A stretch of 64,000 nucleotides of DNA, taken from the IMG/VR virus record IMGVR_UViG_3300047094_000158. The stretch is one strand, 5' to 3'. Below, piece after piece: positions 60,054 through 64,000 of the stretch (the stretch's first letter is position 1; each line of letters starts with the position of its first letter). The stretch comes from an uncultured virus (IMG/VR IMGVR_UViG_3300047094_000158). Taxonomy: Duplodnaviria; Heunggongvirae; Uroviricota; Caudoviricetes. Made by a program: the position numbers and the translations under genes. The notes under the pieces are model-generated. The model was not told where the DNA came from, did not search any database, and was given only the letters and a program-made list of their open reading frames with translations.

Positions 60054-60773
60054 TTATGATACTGCTATATATATGCCTTTTAATATAAAAGATCCTTCAT
60101 TGTCTGTTCTGATTTGAGGGATGCCTCCATAATTTTTTATCTTGTCGCTATTTATAAAAATGGTTTGAGAGTAAGACAGGTCATATTGATATTGATATTT
60201 TAATAACCCAACATATCCTATAGGTGATAATTCTTCGTTTCGTAAAAAGGTTCTAATCCAAACTTCTGTATTGTTTGAATATGTTTCTAAAGAAAAATCA
60301 TACCTAACCTCTACCTTTGCCCCTACTTTAAGTGTTTTTAGGTTGATAGTCTTTGCTATTTGATTTAATAAAGAAACTGATTTGTTTGGAAGATATGCTT
60401 CATTGGTTTGGGATTCATCTATATCTAAGAAAAAAGAAACCCATCCATCTTCTCCTCTTTCTGGACCGACTTTATAAGTCTTTGTATTTTTTCCAACATA
60501 GTGTGCCCACCCAGGGTACTGACCAGAGGGGCTATCGTATCCTTCTGCACCTTTACCCGTATCACCTTTTTCTCCTTTTGGTCCTTGTAGTCCTTGTGCA
60601 CCCTTTTCGCCTCTATCACCTTTTATACCTTGAGGGCCTTGAGGACCAATTGGCCCCACTTCACCTTTTTCCCCTTGGATTCCAGGAACGGCAATATACT
60701 CAATAGATTTTGTTTGTTCTACAGTCTCAGTGTATTTTTTCTTTTTGATTGGAAAATCCATGCTCTTTGTCAT
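60054..60773 (-). CDS. Collagen-like fibre protein
   Basis: 14 consecutive Gly-X-Y triplets followed by a globular beta domain. Confidence 0.8.
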   Translation of the reverse strand: MTKSMDFPIKKKKYTETVEQTKSIEYIAVPGIQGEKGEVGPIGPQGPQGIKGDRGEKGAQGLQGPKGEKGDTGKGAEGYDSPSGQYPGWAHYVGKNTKTYKVGPERGEDGWVSFFLDIDESQTNEAYLPNKSVSLLNQIAKTINLKTLKVGAKVEVRYDFSLETYSNNTEVWIRTFLRNEELSPIGYVGLLKYQYQYDLSYSQTIFINSDKIKNYGGIPQIRTDNEGSFILKGIYIAVS

Positions 60774-60785
60774 GTTTTCCAAACC

Positions 60786-60875
60786 TTACTTTATTTTTGT
60801 CTTAAAGACCTTTTTGCCAATTTTAACAATTGGTGGAATATTTGTATTTGGAGTAGAAACCTTTACAACTGGCAT
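60786..60875 (-). CDS. 29-aa basic peptide MPVVKVSTPNTNIPPIVKIGKKVFKTKIK
   Basis: Below ORF-track cutoff; TAATG coupling to upstream gene, GGAGG upstream, fills the gap exactly. Confidence 0.65.
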   Translation of the reverse strand: MPVVKVSTPNTNIPPIVKIGKKVFKTKIK

Positions 60876-61276
60876 TATAAACTTCCTCCAGGGGTGACAT
60901 TTCCAAGCACACAAATTGTTCCAATTACTGGAGTCCAAATTGTGTCTGCTTCTCCACTACCACCAGGAATTGTAACCTGAAGGTCAAATTGTAATTCTGA
61001 AACCACGGACCTATACTGAGTCCCCCAGTTAGTAGCAATATCTGCAGGTATAGAAATAATTGCATACCCATCATCTTCTGTTACTGTAAGTTCATCAAGA
61101 ACTTCTCCTGTAGGATCATAGGCTGTAGATAGGTATGTCCAGCCATCTGTGTCGTAAACAGTTGTTTCGTCATCTTCAAAAAATTCTACTTTTAGGGTCG
61201 CATTGTTTCCACGGACTACGGTCCATTGAATGTTTGCTGGCGAAGCGCCATATTTTTCTATTGTAGGAGCACACAT
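60875..61276 (-). CDS. BppU-N-like anchor protein, paralog 1
   Basis: IQWTVVRGN...QFDLQV...WTPVIGTICVLGNVT; promoter at 61285-61293. Confidence 0.65.
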   Translation of the reverse strand: MCAPTIEKYGASPANIQWTVVRGNNATLKVEFFEDDETTVYDTDGWTYLSTAYDPTGEVLDELTVTEDDGYAIISIPADIATNWGTQYRSVVSELQFDLQVTIPGGSGEADTIWTPVIGTICVLGNVTPGGSL

Positions 61277-61296
61277 AATAATTGATTATACCATTA

Positions 61297-61352
61297 AATA
61301 AAACTGGACACCTAGACGCAGTGGGGTGGGGGGGTAGTATCTAGGTGCCAGC
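61297..61352 (-). ncRNA. Candidate ~55-nt hairpin sRNA with C-rich loop
   Basis: TGTTATAAT at 61359-61367, then GCTGGCACCTAGA-tactaCCCCCCCACCCCactgcg-TCTAGGTG-t-CCAG-TTTTATTT. Confidence 0.5.
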
Positions 61353-61568
61353 ATAAAAATTATAACATTGTATTATTCTAAAACGGACATATTATAACAA
61401 AACGTTATAAACCAGACATTAAAAGAATTGTTATAGAATCGTTATAATCATTTCCGCATAAAGTGTAAAAAACCAGGGTATAAAAGTGTATACTTAAAAT
61501 ATATAAAGAAAAAGAATAACTAGCAAGTAAGGTTTTTAAAGTATCTTATATATTATATATAAAGAAAA

Positions 61569-61784
61569 TTATTTTTTAGAATGATCTTTAAAGTGTTCAA
61601 GTAAAAGATCAAATAGTTTGTCAGTTTTTTCCTCTAGGCGATTAACGGAGTCTTTTAGACTGGATCCAGAATTTGGCTTAAGTTCGTTTAAATAATGCTT
61701 TACAAGCCAACGAATTCCACCAGCAACAATAGTTACAATGGTAAGAAGAGTTAAGGTTAATGCTGCCCAATCTTGAGGTGACAT
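61569..61784 (-). CDS. Single-TM membrane protein with coiled-coil tail (holin-associated type)
   Basis: N-terminal TM, LKPNSGSSLKDSVNRLE; leaderless start 7 nt after TGATATAAT (61792-61800). Confidence 0.7.
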   Translation of the reverse strand: MSPQDWAALTLTLLTIVTIVAGGIRWLVKHYLNELKPNSGSSLKDSVNRLEEKTDKLFDLLLEHFKDHSKK

Positions 61785-61813
61785 AAGGTTTATTATATCA
61801 TTATTTGAGACTG

Positions 61814-62260
61814 TTATTCACAAATGTATGAAAAAGACATATGAAATAAATCATTTGTTGTTAAACCAATTGGACTGTTGTGGTCAAATGGTTCATCTGC
61901 TGCCGAAGATTTAATATTCCAAATTGTAAAAGTAGAACTGCCATCATCTAAATGTCCTTTAAGACTATAGTGATCCACACCTTGATTTACAATATCATGA
62001 ACGGAGCCACCATAAACATCCGTATGGTATTTTGATGGAAACGGAAGTGTTAAGAAATATTGTCCAGTTCCGAAATTACTTACATTATCAAAGTCAACGC
62101 TAATTTGAACTTGGATAAAATTTCCTATTTTTATATATGTTCCTGTTGCAGGAGTTCCAGTAAAGACTAATCCAGTTCCAGACCATACTGGAAAATAAGA
62201 TTTTATTTCGGTTGTGAGTCCGCCGACATCTCCAAAAGCGGGATGCGTAAATCTTGCCAC
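61814..62260 (-). CDS. Receptor-binding-head-like beta protein
   Basis: GTYIKIGNFIQVQI...YFLTLPF pattern seen in phage RBP C-terminal heads. Confidence 0.55.
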   Translation of the reverse strand: MARFTHPAFGDVGGLTTEIKSYFPVWSGTGLVFTGTPATGTYIKIGNFIQVQISVDFDNVSNFGTGQYFLTLPFPSKYHTDVYGGSVHDIVNQGVDHYSLKGHLDDGSSTFTIWNIKSSAADEPFDHNSPIGLTTNDLFHMSFSYICE

Positions 62261-62539
62261 TTAAGGCTCCAAGCCGATTTGAATCATAGCAACGTTCATA
62301 GAGTTTACGGATGAAGTTGCATATAGCGCATCATTGGATACAAGTTCAAAAGAGATTGAATGGTTTGGCATAATTCTAAACCCGTAGTTAGAAGATGATA
62401 CTCCTTCGCCACCAATATAAATATATCCAGTTGCGTTAACATTTTGTAGGGTAATATCCATTCCGCCGTGTGCGCCTAATGGCGTCAAGCGAGTAGCAGA
62501 AGAATCGCTAAGTGTGACTAATGAATGCGCTGTTGCCAT
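62261..62539 (-). CDS. Small beta-sandwich virion protein
   Basis: ITLQNV...IYIGG..VSSSNYGFRI...LYA; leaderless start. Confidence 0.6.
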   Translation of the reverse strand: MATAHSLVTLSDSSATRLTPLGAHGGMDITLQNVNATGYIYIGGEGVSSSNYGFRIMPNHSISFELVSNDALYATSSVNSMNVAMIQIGLEP

Positions 62540-62667
62540 ATAGCAATTATATCTATTTATTTAGGCGGGATATAAGTTAAGCCGAAAATAGAGATATCAA
62601 ACCATCATAAGACATAATACGACTGCTACGCAGTCCACAAATGTCTAATCGGATGTAGTATCTATGT

Positions 62668-62696
62668 TTGCTTAATATCCCGATATGGGTTATACT
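62668..62696 (+). promoter_or_regulatory. Sigma70-type promoter TTGCTT-17-TATACT
   Basis: Ends 5 nt before GTG 62702. Confidence 0.6.
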
Positions 62697-62701
62697 TAGA
62701 T

Positions 62702-63298
62702 GTGCTAGATATGATTAAGCAAATCCTTATTGAAGGTTTGACAAGCAAACTAAAAACACATCATTCAGTTTATAGGCTTCCCTGTACAAGTGAGTTTTTG
62801 GAAGAACTTATTGCTAACACCTTTACAGAACATGGCCTGATAAACGACTGGCAGCCTAATAGAAGCCATTCCGTCAGCGTAGACATGTCTTTAGAGTCAG
62901 GCGAAAGTTTCTCTGTTAAATCGGGTGTATACGCAAATAACACACTAACCTTCTCTGGATCCAGGCTAGGTAAATATCAAACCTTAGATGCCATGATATC
63001 TAGCGTAGTGGATAATAGTGCTAAGTATTATGTGTGTCTTGCTAAGTCAGACCAGGATTGGTCTTCTGTCCCCGCCGAAAATGAGAAAAAGGTTTATTAT
63101 CTTTTTGTATTTGATTCCCAAACCTTGATATATGATAGTGGGGTTTGGAACAAAGTTCAAACCAAGTCTGGAGGATATAACTACGTTATGGAGTCTATAG
63201 GTATGTCTGCTAAAATTAATACTAGTATGTCCTCACAGTTGTGGACCAGTGTTAGTGAGAGTCTTATTGGTGCCCCGATAAAATTGGAGATATTGTAG
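62702..63298 (+). CDS. Restriction-endonuclease-like PD-(D/E)xK protein
   Basis: FLEELI helix, SHSVSVD, FSVKSG (D...SxK variant). Confidence 0.5.
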   Translation: MLDMIKQILIEGLTSKLKTHHSVYRLPCTSEFLEELIANTFTEHGLINDWQPNRSHSVSVDMSLESGESFSVKSGVYANNTLTFSGSRLGKYQTLDAMISSVVDNSAKYYVCLAKSDQDWSSVPAENEKKVYYLFVFDSQTLIYDSGVWNKVQTKSGGYNYVMESIGMSAKINTSMSSQLWTSVSESLIGAPIKLEIL

Positions 63299-63406
63299 TT
63301 ACTTTTTAAAGTACCAAAATATTATTGCTACCCCCGACAAAATTGCAAAAATTAACAAACCTCTATCCGAATGATCATATGGATCTGTGTGAACTAAATA
63401 ATTCAT
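63299..63406 (-). CDS. 35-aa single-TM peptide
   Basis: MNYLVHTDPYDHSDRGLLIFAILSGVAIIFWYFKK; TAATG coupling, GAGG SD. Confidence 0.6.
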   Translation of the reverse strand: MNYLVHTDPYDHSDRGLLIFAILSGVAIIFWYFKK

Positions 63407-63522
63407 TATTCCTCAAATGAGGTTTGGGATTGTAGTAAGTCATTTACTGTGGTTTGACAATTACAATCACAAGGTTTGTTTATAATAGGAATATCTTTTG
63501 GTTTGTCTATGTTAGATTCCAT
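63406..63522 (-). CDS. 38-aa peptide with CxCxC
   Basis: MESNIDKPKDIPIINKPCDCNCQTTVNDLLQSQTSFEE; GGAGG upstream. Confidence 0.5.
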   Translation of the reverse strand: MESNIDKPKDIPIINKPCDCNCQTTVNDLLQSQTSFEE

Positions 63523-63664
63523 GATCCTCCATGTATTTTAGACGTTCCATTAACTTATGGTGTTCTGGATCTTCAAGCATTTCTTTAATTACATCGTTAA
63601 CTGTTTTCTTTGGAATACCATAGTCATCTGGCAAAGATGCTTCAAGATTGTCTAAAATAGCCAT
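63512..63664 (-). CDS. 50-aa acidic peptide
   Basis: MAILDNLEASLPDDYGIPRKTVNDVIKEMLEDPEHHKLMERLKYMEDHGI. Confidence 0.55.
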   Translation of the reverse strand: MAILDNLEASLPDDYGIPKKTVNDVIKEMLEDPEHHKLMERLKYMEDHGI

Positions 63665-63717
63665 ATCAATGCTGCCAAACCAATTATTATGATAGAGACT
63701 AGTATTCGTTGTTTCAT
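63652..63717 (-). CDS. 21-aa hydrophobic peptide
   Basis: MKQRILVSIIIIGLAALIWLF; ATG 6 nt after TATAAT (63724-63729). Confidence 0.5.
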   Translation of the reverse strand: MKQRILVSIIIIGLAALIWLF

Positions 63718-63743
63718 ATAATAATTATACCCTATACCCTGCC

Positions 63744-63787
63744 AAATCTGAAAAAATTTTCATTTTGAGAAAATCTGAATATTTTTC
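63744..63787. repeat. Direct repeat AAATCTGAA...TTTTC in AT-rich non-coding gap
   Basis: AAATCTGAA at 63744 and 63771, each followed by an A/T run ending TTTTC. Confidence 0.6.
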
Positions 63788-63823
63788 TTAGATGTATGAT
63801 ATGTAATTTTAAAAATAAAAATG

Positions 63824-63866
63824 AAAAAAAATAGTGAGCACACTACTCTGACTCTGTGTAGTGTGT
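63824..63866 (-). terminator. Intrinsic terminator
   Basis: CACACTAC/GTAGTGTG stem followed, after a short spacer, by a long T-run on the minus strand. Confidence 0.55.
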
Positions 63867-63944
63867 CCTATCATAGTTAGCAAGTGTCCCACCATTTTCT
63901 AGGTGGGCTTTGCGTCTTAACTGTTCAGCAGAATACTCAGACAC
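63843..63944 (-). CDS. 33-aa hypothetical peptide
   Basis: GTG start, MSEYSAEQLRRKAHLENGGTLANYDRTHYTESE; overlaps the stop of an upstream ORF entering from the window end. Confidence 0.45.
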   Translation of the reverse strand: MSEYSAEQLRRKAHLENGGTLANYDRTHYTESE

Positions 63945-64000
63945 TCTTGCGTCCTTGTATCCAACCTGAGTGAATACCAATGAGCGGTGCGTCAATGTTG

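Noticed and set aside
217..60980. Numerous plus-strand ORFs in the track (e.g. 217..492, 1538..2680 group, 27075..34121 group, 40580..41278, 51490..52473, 53836..54201)
   Set aside because: They are antisense shadows of well-supported minus-strand genes, lack SD or promoter context and show no recognisable motifs
61321..61334. G-quadruplex from GTGGGGTGGGGGGG on the plus strand
   Set aside because: Too few separate G-runs for an intramolecular quadruplex; the minus-strand promoter-hairpin-U-tract reading explains it better
1..64000. tRNA/rRNA genes, integrase, transposase or att site
   Set aside because: No cloverleaf, rRNA-like or recombinase signatures recognised by eye in the short intergenic gaps or ORFs; a tRNAscan run would be needed to exclude tRNAs formally

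Overview
A 64 kb AT-rich segment of a large tailed dsDNA phage, siphovirus-type (major tail protein plus a 2455-aa tape measure). Almost all genes lie on the minus strand. Reading in the direction of transcription (high to low coordinates) the order is: micro-ORFs and non-coding control elements (61.3-64 kb); three parallel fibre/appendage operons, each headed by a BppU-like paralog (49.5-61.3 kb), including a Gly-rich tip protein cassette with a DUF6065-like protein and a glycosyltransferase; class II ribonucleotide reductase; head genes (portal, protease with nested scaffold, major capsid); neck and tail genes; replication/recombination genes (DnaB, DnaG, SSB, DnaE, RecA, Cas4-like nuclease, resolvases); a flavin-dependent halogenase; terminase; and two secreted, host-like surface proteins. 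Only two credible genes are on the plus strand: a secreted lysozyme-like enzyme and a restriction-endonuclease-like protein. The gene content, the recurrent extended -10 promoter TGnTATAAT and the many leaderless starts suggest an actinobacterial host, possibly a freshwater lineage; this is inference. Most notable observations: (1) tail chaperones G and G-T encoded by two paralogous genes rather than a frameshift; (2) a plug-and-socket chain of fibre proteins with two chains ending in the same IMG(A/V)Y tag; (3) a promoter-to-terminator ~55-nt hairpin RNA with a C-rich loop; (4) an intrinsic terminator inside the lysozyme gene; (5) phage-borne surface-layer-like proteins, one with a likely AUU start. 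All family assignments are by motif recognition only; no searches were run.
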